Shown one piece after another: positions 50,325 through 59,420 of a stretch of DNA of 60,102 bases. The stretch comes from Bacillales bacterium (GTDB lineage Bacteria; Bacillota_I; Bacilli_A; RF39; UBA660). A model generated the notes under the pieces. The model did not search any database. It saw only the letters and a program-made list of their open reading frames with translations, and was not told where the DNA came from. The stretch lies in the NCBI GenBank assembly GCA_016292035.1, contig JAEEZR010000019.1, forward strand, positions 1 to 60,102, in the 5' to 3' direction. Position 1 is the first letter of the stretch, and the number at the start of each line of letters is the position of its first letter. A program made the translations under genes and the position numbers.

Positions 50325-51638
50325 TTATCTCCTATCTAAAAACTTCATTCTATCAGAAAAACAAGTAACAACGTATACATTCTTATAATCATTATTTTTA
50401 ACATTATCCATCATATCATCTAAATCACTAGACACATAGATTTTATCTTCACTTATAGATGCATATTTAAGTCTAATTAAAATATCATTCTTATATGTAC
50501 CCGCTACTATAACCTTTTTAACATTTTTGCTATTTAAAAGTTCAAAATCAATATCCCAAAGCCAAGATGTTTCACTAGTAAAATATTTTCTACTAATAGC
50601 ATCTACTAATATAACAACTGCGCATTCCTTATTTTGATTCTTAATAAAAGTAAGTGATTGATTATAACTAATAGAATTTTCATGTTTACTAGTTAAAAGC
50701 ATAACATCGTTATTGTTGATCTTAAAAGATTGAACTCTATCATTCTTAATAATATAGTTATCTAAAGAACTTCTAACTTCTTCTTCACTAATACCCATTA
50801 AAGAACAAATAGCAAAAGTAAACAATAAATTATATGCATTATAAATACTATTTAAATTCATCTTAATAGTATATTTATCATTAATAGTAATAACTCCTGT
50901 TTTAAAATCTATATTAGATACCTTAAATTCAGGATTATGCCTCTTATGACCACAATTAGGGCATTCATAAGAACCTATATGATTAAAATGATAATAATCA
51001 TATTTCATTAAACTCTTACAATTAGGGCAGTATTTAGTATCTAGATATACACTATCGCTTTTTATCTTAGACAAATCATTCTTTTCTATTCCAACATAAG
51101 TAACATTATCTCTTTTATATCCATATAAACTAGATAAAGGATCATCAGTATTTAAAATTAAGTGAACATTTTCATCTATCGCTTCTTTAATAATATCATA
51201 TATAACTTCAGGATGACCATTTCTAGTCATTTGATCTCTATATAAATTAGTAACTATCATATACTTAGGTTTAATATATTTAGTAGTATTTCTAGTGTAT
51301 CTTTCGTCACTCTCTAGCACTAAAGCGTCAGCTTTAACCACGCCTTTTAAATTACAATATTTTAAAAGAACAGTAGTAACTCCCTCTATCTGATTAGAAC
51401 CAGCTTCATTATAAATAGCTTTTTTACCAGCACTTCTTAAAGTACTTGCTATCATCTCGGTAGTAGAAGTTTTACCATTACTACCAGTAACAATAATAAT
51501 ATCTTCTGGAAGAGTAAGCTTATTAATAATGTTTTTATCAAGCATCAAAGCTACTTTACCAGGAAGAGATGTACCTCTTTTAAATATCTTTCCTACAAAT
51601 ACAATAAATTTTCCAATTAAAATTACAATTATCTTCAT
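50325..51638 (-). CDS. murT: Lipid II isoglutaminyl synthase MurT (Mur ligase plus DUF1727)
   Basis: GTSLPG, VTGSNGKTST, NLYRDQMTR, CPNC...CPNC zinc finger, SWLWDIDFE. Confidence 0.92.
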   Translation of the reverse strand: MKIIVILIGKFIVFVGKIFKRGTSLPGKVALMLDKNIINKLTLPEDIIIVTGSNGKTSTTEMIASTLRSAGKKAIYNEAGSNQIEGVTTVLLKYCNLKGVVKADALVLESDERYTRNTTKYIKPKYMIVTNLYRDQMTRNGHPEVIYDIIKEAIDENVHLILNTDDPLSSLYGYKRDNVTYVGIEKNDLSKIKSDSVYLDTKYCPNCKSLMKYDYYHFNHIGSYECPNCGHKRHNPEFKVSNIDFKTGVITINDKYTIKMNLNSIYNAYNLLFTFAICSLMGISEEEVRSSLDNYIIKNDRVQSFKINNNDVMLLTSKHENSISYNQSLTFIKNQNKECAVVILVDAISRKYFTSETSWLWDIDFELLNSKNVKKVIVAGTYKNDILIRLKYASISEDKIYVSSDLDDMMDNVKNNDYKNVYVVTCFSDRMKFLDRR

Positions 51639-51751
51639 ATTTACCACATAATTATTATAGCATTATTTTAAGATATATATCAAAATAATATTGAAAATAT
51701 ATATTATTTTTAATATACTAATATACAACCGCTCTTAAGGGGGAAGAGAAA

Positions 51752-51841
51752 ATGGAACTTGAAATAAATATTAAAGACGAAGACTATTCTCGCAGTAAAA
51801 TAAAATATGAAGTAAATACATTAAAAAGAGAAAGCAAATAA
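51752..51841 (+). other. 29-aa micro-ORF or gene remnant (MELEINIKDEDYSRSKIKYEVNTLKRESK)
   Basis: Purine-rich RBS (AAGGGGGAAGAG); start resembles that of the next gene (MIEIKING). Confidence 0.4.
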
Positions 51842-51861
51842 CTAATAAAGGAGAGGAAAAA

Positions 51862-52737
51862 ATGATAGAAATAAAAATAAATGGATTAGATGCATATATA
51901 GATGAAAATGATTTCGAAATAGTATATGTAAAAGGATATAATGATGGTAGATATTCTTCTATCCCACTAGCATCAGAAGGAATTTTCTGTTTAAAAAATA
52001 AAAAGACAGGTGCTTATATACATCAATTTAAAGGAGTAACAAAATATATTGTAGAAGAAAAAAGTGATAATAATATATTTTTCTTCGCATTACAAATGTA
52101 CGATAATGGAGAAGGAATTAAACCTCATCTAGTAAAATACTCATATGATAAAGGAACTGACAATTTAAGAAGAGTTACAGACTTTGATATGGACTATGCT
52201 TCATATGATTCAACTTTTCTAGGTGATGGCTGCTTTATAATAGCGGACAACTTTAAAACAGTAATATATAATGATAAAATTAAATCTACTAATAATAAAT
52301 CAATTCCATTTGATGAATGCTACAGCAAAAGACTATGCGAGCAAAGTGAAAAAGAATTTGATGAAGAGACAGTCATTGTAAAAAAAGAAATACACCTAGG
52401 AAGACTAGATGAATATAAAGATGTTTTAGCATTTGGTATTAATCCAAAAACATTGAAAATAACAACAAAAATTCATAGTAGCCTTCAAGAAAGAGATATA
52501 GACTTATTAACTAAAGAAGAAGCAGAAAAAGTAAACATTAGACACTACGATAAAGATTACTATAATGTTAATGACATAATTGGAAGTGCAACTATTTATA
52601 AGGAAATAATAAAACCTCTTGAAATAATTGAAAGACAACTAAGAGAAGACGAAGATATATGTAATGATAGTTATCCATGCGGAATTGACTATGATGAAGC
52701 AGTAAGAAGATTAAAGAATAATAACAGTCAGAAATAA
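51862..52737 (+). CDS. Hypothetical protein
   Basis: 291-aa ORF, RBS AAAGGAGAGG, hairpin terminator over the stop codon. Confidence 0.8.
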   Translation: MIEIKINGLDAYIDENDFEIVYVKGYNDGRYSSIPLASEGIFCLKNKKTGAYIHQFKGVTKYIVEEKSDNNIFFFALQMYDNGEGIKPHLVKYSYDKGTDNLRRVTDFDMDYASYDSTFLGDGCFIIADNFKTVIYNDKIKSTNNKSIPFDECYSKRLCEQSEKEFDEETVIVKKEIHLGRLDEYKDVLAFGINPKTLKITTKIHSSLQERDIDLLTKEEAEKVNIRHYDKDYYNVNDIIGSATIYKEIIKPLEIIERQLREDEDICNDSYPCGIDYDEAVRRLKNNNSQK

Positions 52738-52762
52738 CTGACTGTTTTTTATATATAAATGC

Positions 52763-52858
52763 TTTACACATACATGGCATAAATATTTGTATGAAATATA
52801 ATTATTTGTTATAATCAAGTTAGAAAATAGGTGGTTTTAAATGGAAGAAAAAATGGAA
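52763..52858 (+). repeat. Duplicated promoter/5' region, copy 1
   Basis: TTTACACATACATGGCATAAATATTTGTATGAAATATAATT...GGTGGTTTTAAATGGAAGAAAAAATGGAA matches 54973..55068 with 4 substitutions. Confidence 0.9.
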
Positions 52859-54940
52859 GCCTTATATCAAGAGTATTTAAAGAAAAAACTTGATTTAGTA
52901 TTTAATATAAATTCTGATGAAATAATAAACGAGTCAAAAAGAGAAGATACACCAAATAAGAAGGATGAACTTTTTTTCAGAGTATATATAGATGGCAAAT
53001 ACAATTTTGAAGATGAAGAAGGCGAAAAAATAAGCCAGGTATGGTATGACGATGCAAATGATTTTAAAGAAGGATATGCAGTAGTAGTAAAATTTAACAA
53101 AAATACAAGGTATAATTTTATAAATACTAAAGGAGAACTTCTATGTAAAGAATGGTATGACATCGCATATGATTTTAACGAAGGGGCAGCAAAAGTAGAA
53201 AACAAAGGTAGATGTAATTTTGTAAACAGGCAAGGTCAACTAATAAGTAGTGTATGGCTTGATGAAGCATGGGACTTTAACGAAGGCTATGCAAAAGTAG
53301 AAAAAAAGGGTAATTATAATTTCATAAAACAAGATGGAAGTTTCATGAGTGAAGAATGGTTTGATGCAGCCCAGGATTTTAAAGAGGGCACAGCAAGAGT
53401 AAAAAAGGAAGGCAAATATAATTTTATAAAACAAGATGGAAGCTTCATAAGTGAAGAATGGTTTGATTATGCAGAATATTTTAGAAAAGGCTATGCAGAG
53501 GTAAGAAAAAAAACAAAGTATAATCTTATAGACACTAAAGGAAGACTAATAAGTGATGAATGGTATGATCAATTAAGTGACTTTAACGAAGGATATGTAG
53601 GCGTAACAAGGGATCATTGGCAAAATTTTATAGACACACAAGGTAAATTAGTAAGTGAAGAATGGTTTGACTATGCCTGGATTTTTCAAGAAGGCATGGC
53701 AAAGGTACGAAAAAATAAAATGTGTAATTTTATAAACACTAAAGGAAAACTAATAAGTGAAGAATGGTTTGACGATGTTTGGGCCTTTGAAAATGGCATA
53801 ACATTAGTAGCCAAAGATGGTAAACGTAATTTCATAGACAAAGAAGGCAACGAACTCTTAAAGAAATGGTACAAAGATACAAGATGGTTAAGTCAAGACC
53901 ATTTACGCTGTGAAAACAATAACAAGCCACATGATTATTTATTAACTAAAGACGAAGATAACAAGCCTGTATTTATAAAAATAGAAGAGACTTTAACAGA
54001 CAAATATAATTGCATTACGCCAAAAGAAAAGATTAAAATCAAATATGAACCACTAAAGTTTTATGGACTAAACTATATTGTATGCAGGGGTGATAACACA
54101 CTTTATTTATATAACATTAATTCAAATAGTTATGAAAACATAGGATACTATGCATATGTAAAATATGATGATAACTTTATTATATATAATGGCAAAACAT
54201 ATTTTATGTATGAAGGTAAAAAAATAGATGTTTCAAGATATTATTCAAAATTAGATGATTATTTTCAAGATAATGAAATAAAAACAACTCCAGGTATTGA
54301 TATAATGACAAGAGAAGATTTTGATCTAGAAAAAAGGGAAGAAAAAAGAAGATTTTTAGAAGAAGAAAAAGAAAATCAAGAAAGACTAGATATATTAGGC
54401 GCTAAAAATCAAAATGACTTTGACAAAGCAGAAGCAACTCATAAAATGATAGAAACTTTAAAGGTATTAAGAGAAAGTGTTAATGAATTAAATAGTCTAA
54501 AATCAAAAATAGGTAATATGAAAATACCTAAAGTATCTGTTGAAAACATATTCACTGTAGTAGAAGACCATAGAAAAATAATGGATGAACTAAAAGATAC
54601 ACTAGAGTTCATTAATCTATCACATATTAGCTTTAAAGGTGTAGATATATCTGGAATAGATTTCAAAGGATGTAATATAAATCTATATCCTCAAGAAGTA
54701 TATGAAAAGAACTTAAGAGATTGTGATTTTACTGGTGTTAACTTGTCTCCATTTATAGACTTCAAAGGGGTAGACATAAGAGGAGCTAAGTTTAGCACTG
54801 ACAGTGACCCAACAACAATAGATGTAATACCTAATTTTGAAGGCGCTATATATGATGAAAAAACAACATATAATGGAAAATCACTAGTAGATATACTAGG
54901 TCCATGTGAAATAATAAAAGATAGCCAAAAAAAGAGTTGA
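52841..54940 (+). CDS. WG/KWG-type repeat protein (about 9 repeats of about 34 aa) with C-terminal pentapeptide-repeat-like domain; paralog A
   Basis: Repeats YNFIxxxGxxISEEWFDxAxxFxEGYAxV; C-terminal FKGVDISGIDFKGCNI...LRDCDFTGVNL. Confidence 0.82.
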   Translation: MEEKMEALYQEYLKKKLDLVFNINSDEIINESKREDTPNKKDELFFRVYIDGKYNFEDEEGEKISQVWYDDANDFKEGYAVVVKFNKNTRYNFINTKGELLCKEWYDIAYDFNEGAAKVENKGRCNFVNRQGQLISSVWLDEAWDFNEGYAKVEKKGNYNFIKQDGSFMSEEWFDAAQDFKEGTARVKKEGKYNFIKQDGSFISEEWFDYAEYFRKGYAEVRKKTKYNLIDTKGRLISDEWYDQLSDFNEGYVGVTRDHWQNFIDTQGKLVSEEWFDYAWIFQEGMAKVRKNKMCNFINTKGKLISEEWFDDVWAFENGITLVAKDGKRNFIDKEGNELLKKWYKDTRWLSQDHLRCENNNKPHDYLLTKDEDNKPVFIKIEETLTDKYNCITPKEKIKIKYEPLKFYGLNYIVCRGDNTLYLYNINSNSYENIGYYAYVKYDDNFIIYNGKTYFMYEGKKIDVSRYYSKLDDYFQDNEIKTTPGIDIMTREDFDLEKREEKRRFLEEEKENQERLDILGAKNQNDFDKAEATHKMIETLKVLRESVNELNSLKSKIGNMKIPKVSVENIFTVVEDHRKIMDELKDTLEFINLSHISFKGVDISGIDFKGCNINLYPQEVYEKNLRDCDFTGVNLSPFIDFKGVDIRGAKFSTDSDPTTIDVIPNFEGAIYDEKTTYNGKSLVDILGPCEIIKDSQKKS

Positions 54941-54972
54941 TAATAATCAACTCTTTTTATATATCATCACAC

Positions 54973-55068
54973 TTTACACATACATGCCATAAATATTTGT
55001 ATGAAATATAATTATTTGCTATAATCAAGATAGAAAATAGGTGGTTTTAAGTGGAAGAAAAAATGGAA
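54973..55068 (+). repeat. Duplicated promoter/5' region, copy 2
   Basis: Near-identical to 52763..52858, 2210 bp downstream. Confidence 0.9.
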
Positions 55069-57270
55069 ACTTTATATCAAGAATATCTAAAAGAAAAACT
55101 AGATTTAGTATTTAATATAGATTCTGATAAAATAATAAGAATGAGAAACAAAAATCAAGGTGAAGCTGAACCAAATGTTACAATAATAAGATTAGACAAT
55201 AGACTATATAATATTGCGGACACACACGGAAATATATTAAGTGAAGAAAGTTTTAAAAATATTTATCCTTTTGAAGATGGCTACGCTTTAGTGTATAAAG
55301 AAGGAGAGTATAACTACATAGATACACATGGAAAATTGCTAAGCGAAAAATGGTTTTTCAGTCTTGGGAAATTCTGTGAAGGATATGCCAAAGTAACGGA
55401 TTCAAACTTGAAATACAATTTTATAGACAGGCAAGGTAAAATACTATGTAAAATATGGTTTGATGAAGCCAAAGACTTTAGTAATGGCATTGCTTTAGTA
55501 AAAAGGAATCAAAAATACTATTTATTAAATACACAAGGTAAATTAGTATATAATGAGCCAAGCGATAACATTAGACTTTATAGTGGATGTGCCATAATAG
55601 AAAATGATGGGCGATATAATTTAATAAATGCGAAAGGTCAACTACTATGTGACACTTGGTATTTTATAATGGATGGTTTTGAAGATGGCTACGCTTTAGT
55701 ATGTAAGAATGGCAAGTTCAACTATATAAATGAACATGGAAAATTGCTAAGTGAAAATTGGTATGAAATGGCACGGGACTTTTATGAAGGCTTTGCGGTA
55801 GTACGGGAGAATAATAAATACAATTTTATAAACACTAAAGGGAACTTTTTAAGTAAAGAATGGTATGAAAGGACCTGGGACTTTAACGAGGGCTATGCTT
55901 TAGTAAAAAAGAATGATAAATACAACTTTATTAATACAAAAGGTTGTATTTTAAGTGAAGAATGGTATGAAAGGGCCTGGGGTTTTGGAAACGGTTATGC
56001 ACCAATAAGCAAAAATGGCAAGTATAATTTTATAGACACTCAGGGCAATCTACTAAGTGAAGAATGGTATGATAATGCTAACGGTTTTTATGAAGGATTC
56101 GCGTTGGTACAAAAAAATGGTAAATCTAATTTCATAGACACGCAAGGCAAATTAATAAGTGATAAATGGTATAAAGATATGGATCGAACTAGTTTTTACT
56201 TCGTAGGAAAAGATCCACTAGTAAAGCCTGAGTACATATTTGCTAAAAGAAAAGAAGATAAACTATCATTATTAAAAGTAGAAGAGACCTTAACAGGCAA
56301 TTATAATTGTATTACAGAAAATGGTAAGATTAAAACAAAATATAGACCAATTAAAAGCTATGGGTCAGACTTTTTAATGTGTGTAGATGAACGCCACAAT
56401 ACTATTTATTTATATAATATTAACTCTCGAAAATACACTGAAATTGGTTCGTGTGGATTTACAAAATATGATGATAATTTTATTACATATAATGACAGAA
56501 TATATTTTACTTATGAAGGCAGAATAATAGATGTTTCAAGATATTATTATAAATTAAATGACTATTTCAAAAATAATAAAACAAAAATAACTTCAGGCAT
56601 TGATATAATGACAAAAACAGATTTCGATTTATTAAATGATAAAGAAAAAGCAAGGTTCCTAGAAGAAGAAAAGGAAAACAATAAAAAACTAAAAGAAAAG
56701 CAAATTAAAGAACAGCAAGATAAAGAATTATTGGAAGCTCAAAAACAAAAAGAAAATGAGCAAGATCAAGCAACTCATGAATTAATTGGAGCATTAAAAG
56801 AATTAAGAAATAACGTTAATAAAATAAATAGTTTGAAATCAAAAATAGGTAATATGAAAATACCTAAAGTATCTGTTGAAAATATATTCACTGAATTAGA
56901 AGGTCATAAAGAAATAATGGGTGAATTAAAAGATAAATTAGAGTTCATAGACTTATCGCATATTAGCTTTAAAAATGTAGATATAAGTGGAGTGAATTTT
57001 AAAGAATGCAATATAAATCTATATCCTCAAGAAGTATATGAAAAGAACTTAAGAGATTGTGATTTTACTGGCGTTAATTTATCCCCATTTATAGACTTTA
57101 AAGGAGTAGACATAAGAGGAGCTAAGTTTAGTACTGATAGTGACCCTACAACAATAGATGTAATACCTAATTTTACTGGTGCAATATATGATGAAAAAAC
57201 AACATATAATGGAAAATCACTAGTAGATATACTAGGTCCATGTGAAATAATAGATAGTAAAAAGAAATAA
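55051..57270 (+). CDS. WG/KWG-type repeat protein (about 10 repeats) with C-terminal pentapeptide-repeat-like domain; paralog B
   Basis: Same architecture as 52841..54940; last about 80 aa nearly identical; GTG start. Confidence 0.82.
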   Translation: MEEKMETLYQEYLKEKLDLVFNIDSDKIIRMRNKNQGEAEPNVTIIRLDNRLYNIADTHGNILSEESFKNIYPFEDGYALVYKEGEYNYIDTHGKLLSEKWFFSLGKFCEGYAKVTDSNLKYNFIDRQGKILCKIWFDEAKDFSNGIALVKRNQKYYLLNTQGKLVYNEPSDNIRLYSGCAIIENDGRYNLINAKGQLLCDTWYFIMDGFEDGYALVCKNGKFNYINEHGKLLSENWYEMARDFYEGFAVVRENNKYNFINTKGNFLSKEWYERTWDFNEGYALVKKNDKYNFINTKGCILSEEWYERAWGFGNGYAPISKNGKYNFIDTQGNLLSEEWYDNANGFYEGFALVQKNGKSNFIDTQGKLISDKWYKDMDRTSFYFVGKDPLVKPEYIFAKRKEDKLSLLKVEETLTGNYNCITENGKIKTKYRPIKSYGSDFLMCVDERHNTIYLYNINSRKYTEIGSCGFTKYDDNFITYNDRIYFTYEGRIIDVSRYYYKLNDYFKNNKTKITSGIDIMTKTDFDLLNDKEKARFLEEEKENNKKLKEKQIKEQQDKELLEAQKQKENEQDQATHELIGALKELRNNVNKINSLKSKIGNMKIPKVSVENIFTELEGHKEIMGELKDKLEFIDLSHISFKNVDISGVNFKECNINLYPQEVYEKNLRDCDFTGVNLSPFIDFKGVDIRGAKFSTDSDPTTIDVIPNFTGAIYDEKTTYNGKSLVDILGPCEIIDSKKK

Positions 57271-57324
57271 AAGAATTGATAAACCATTATCAATTCTTTT
57301 CATATACTACACTAGGTGATTAAT

Positions 57325-58527
57325 ATGGCTTTAGAAGGTATAGTAATAGATGCAGGCCACGGTGGAAGTGATGGAGGAGCCCAGGGAAACGGCATAAGTG
57401 AAAAAGAACTAACTCTGAAAATAAGTAAGTATATGTTTGATAGATTAAAAGAACTTAATATACCAGTTAAAATGACTAGAACCACTGATGAAACAATAAA
57501 TAGCTCTGAAAGAGTAAAAAGAATATTAAATAGTTTCGGAAGTTCTAAAGATGTAATTGTAATATCTAATCATATAAATGCAGGAGGAGGAGACGGAGCA
57601 GAAATAATATATGCTCTTAGAAATAATAGTACTCTTCCAAGCAAAATAGCTTCTGAAATAGAAAAAGAAGGACAAAATATAAGAAAATATTATCAACAAA
57701 GATTACCATCTAACCCTATGAAAGATTATTATTTTATTCATAGAGATACACCGAATACAGAGGCACTAATAGTAGAATATGGATTTTTAGATAGTAAGGG
57801 TGACGATGTAGAACAACTTAAAACAAAATATAAAGATTATGCAGAAGCAGTAATAAGAGCAATATGTGATTATAAAGGAATAAACTATACTGCTCCATAT
57901 AACAGTACATTCTACACAGTTAAAAAGGGAGACTCCCTTTGGAGTATTGCCAGTAAATTCGGGTTAACTGTTGATAAACTAAAAGATATCAACAATTTAA
58001 AAACAAATAATATCTATGTAGGACAAAATTTAAAAGTAAAGAAAGAAGATGAAAAAGAAGTAGAAGACTACTTAATATATACAGTTAAAAAAGGAGACAA
58101 CTTATATAAAATAGCTTCTATTTATAATACTACAGTAGAAACATTAATGAATATAAATAATTTAGAAAGCACTAACTTAACTATTAATCAGCAATTACTA
58201 ATACCTAAAACCACTAATGCTATTAATAAAGGAATAAATTATGTAGTAGTAAAAGGAGATACTTTATATAGCATTGCTAACAAATATAATGTTAAAGTAA
58301 ATGATCTAATAGATGCAAATAATCTAAAAACAACTAATCTTACAATTGGTCAAATATTATATATACCAGGTACAGAAAGTTTTACTACTTACACTGTAGA
58401 GAAAGGAGATACCCTATACAAAATAGCAAATAAATATGGAGTAACAGTAGAAGACTTGATGAAAGAAAATAACTTAGAAGGAACTATGCTATTAATAGGT
58501 GAAACTCTAATAATTCCTACAAAATAG
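57325..58527 (+). CDS. N-acetylmuramoyl-L-alanine amidase (Amidase_3) with four LysM domains
   Basis: IDAGHGGSD, EKELTL, ISNHINAGG, IVEYGFLD; four YxVxKGDxLxxIA LysM repeats. Confidence 0.93.
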   Translation: MALEGIVIDAGHGGSDGGAQGNGISEKELTLKISKYMFDRLKELNIPVKMTRTTDETINSSERVKRILNSFGSSKDVIVISNHINAGGGDGAEIIYALRNNSTLPSKIASEIEKEGQNIRKYYQQRLPSNPMKDYYFIHRDTPNTEALIVEYGFLDSKGDDVEQLKTKYKDYAEAVIRAICDYKGINYTAPYNSTFYTVKKGDSLWSIASKFGLTVDKLKDINNLKTNNIYVGQNLKVKKEDEKEVEDYLIYTVKKGDNLYKIASIYNTTVETLMNINNLESTNLTINQQLLIPKTTNAINKGINYVVVKGDTLYSIANKYNVKVNDLIDANNLKTTNLTIGQILYIPGTESFTTYTVEKGDTLYKIANKYGVTVEDLMKENNLEGTMLLIGETLIIPTK

Positions 58528-58582
58528 TTTGATTTTAAATATATTTATTGTATAATGATTATAGTAGGGTGGTAGGGTAAAC

Positions 58583-58813
58583 ATGATGCATAAATATGAT
58601 ATAGAAAAAGATAACTTAGAACTTAAATATGATAGAGATAGCAATAGTTATTCTTTATACTATAATAATGAAAAAGTACCAATTAGAAAACTAAGTAAAA
58701 AGTCTTATTATAAGTTAGTAGAAGCTAATCTAAAACTAATTAATAAATCATTGGTAAATAAAATAGCAAATAATATAGAAAATGATACAAACTATGCAAA
58801 AAGAATTGCATAG
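58583..58813 (+). CDS. Small hypothetical protein
   Basis: 76-aa ORF with TTGATT...TATAAT promoter, G-rich RBS and hairpin over the stop codon. Confidence 0.6.
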   Translation: MMHKYDIEKDNLELKYDRDSNSYSLYYNNEKVPIRKLSKKSYYKLVEANLKLINKSLVNKIANNIENDTNYAKRIA

Positions 58814-58817
58814 TTTT

Positions 58818-59237
58818 TTAATGTAGCTCTTTGCACACACCTTCTTCTGGTTCATAGAAGCAGTGATTCTTATATCTACCAGAAAACTTTTGCCCATACC
58901 AAGAACTCTTGCAAGAACTATTACCTGGATAATAAAAATATAAAGCATTAGTCGCAGGATGATAGTACTCCCCTTTTAAAACCCTTTCTGCTAATTCTCT
59001 TTCTTTATCATTAGCTGCTTTATAGAAAAGGGAGTTTTTAGTTCCAGAAAATTGATTCTTTTGGTATATAGCGTCAGTAATAGTTCTAATATTTTTAAAC
59101 TCTAAACAATTAGAAATAACTCTATTAACAATAACATTACCAACCATAAGCATACCTAGATCTCCCTCAGATAATGCTTCACTTCTCATAGTTCTTGCAC
59201 ATAAATCAAGTTCTTTATCAGTATATTTAACAAGCAT
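58818..59237 (-). CDS. cwlJ: Spore cortex-lytic enzyme CwlJ (Hydrolase_2)
   Basis: ELDLCARTMRSEA.SEG..GMLMVGNVIVNRV..NC.EFKNIRTI...C..SWYGQ.F.GRYKNHCFY.P follows the Bacillus CwlJ pattern; no PG-binding domain, unlike SleB. Confidence 0.85.
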   Translation of the reverse strand: MLVKYTDKELDLCARTMRSEALSEGDLGMLMVGNVIVNRVISNCLEFKNIRTITDAIYQKNQFSGTKNSLFYKAANDKERELAERVLKGEYYHPATNALYFYYPGNSSCKSSWYGQKFSGRYKNHCFYEPEEGVCKELH

Positions 59238-59311
59238 AATATCACCATTTAATAATTATGCAATTATTAAAAATACTTTACTTTTAAAAGATATTATAGT
59301 ATATTTAAATT

Positions 59312-59382
59312 GTTCCCAATAAGGGAATAAATATTCACAAATGTGTTCAACAGACACATAACCCGGGTAACCGGGCTTTTTT
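59312..59382 (+). ncRNA. Candidate stand-alone small RNA of about 70 nt with three hairpins
   Basis: Promoter TTTACT-N17-TATATT (59277..59305); stems TTCCC/GGGAA, ATGTGT/ACACAT and CCCGG-GTAA-CCGGG followed by T6; no plus-strand gene upstream to terminate. Confidence 0.6.
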
Positions 59383-59420
59383 ATGCATAAAAAAACATCC
59401 ATTTAGGATGTTTTATTTTT

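Noticed and set aside
52990-56180. WG repeats as a diversity-generating retroelement target/template pair
   Set aside because: No reverse transcriptase or non-coding template repeat in the window, and differences between units are not confined to adenines.
59245-59280. Sigma-E promoter upstream of cwlJ
   Set aside because: CATAATTAT is present on the minus strand but fits the -10 consensus imperfectly, and such matches are frequent in AT-rich DNA.
26105-59400. Recurring GCATAAAAAAA next to hairpins (about 26107, 31084, 59385)
   Set aside because: It is the complement of the U-tract tail of minus-strand terminators; low complexity and expected in an AT-rich genome.
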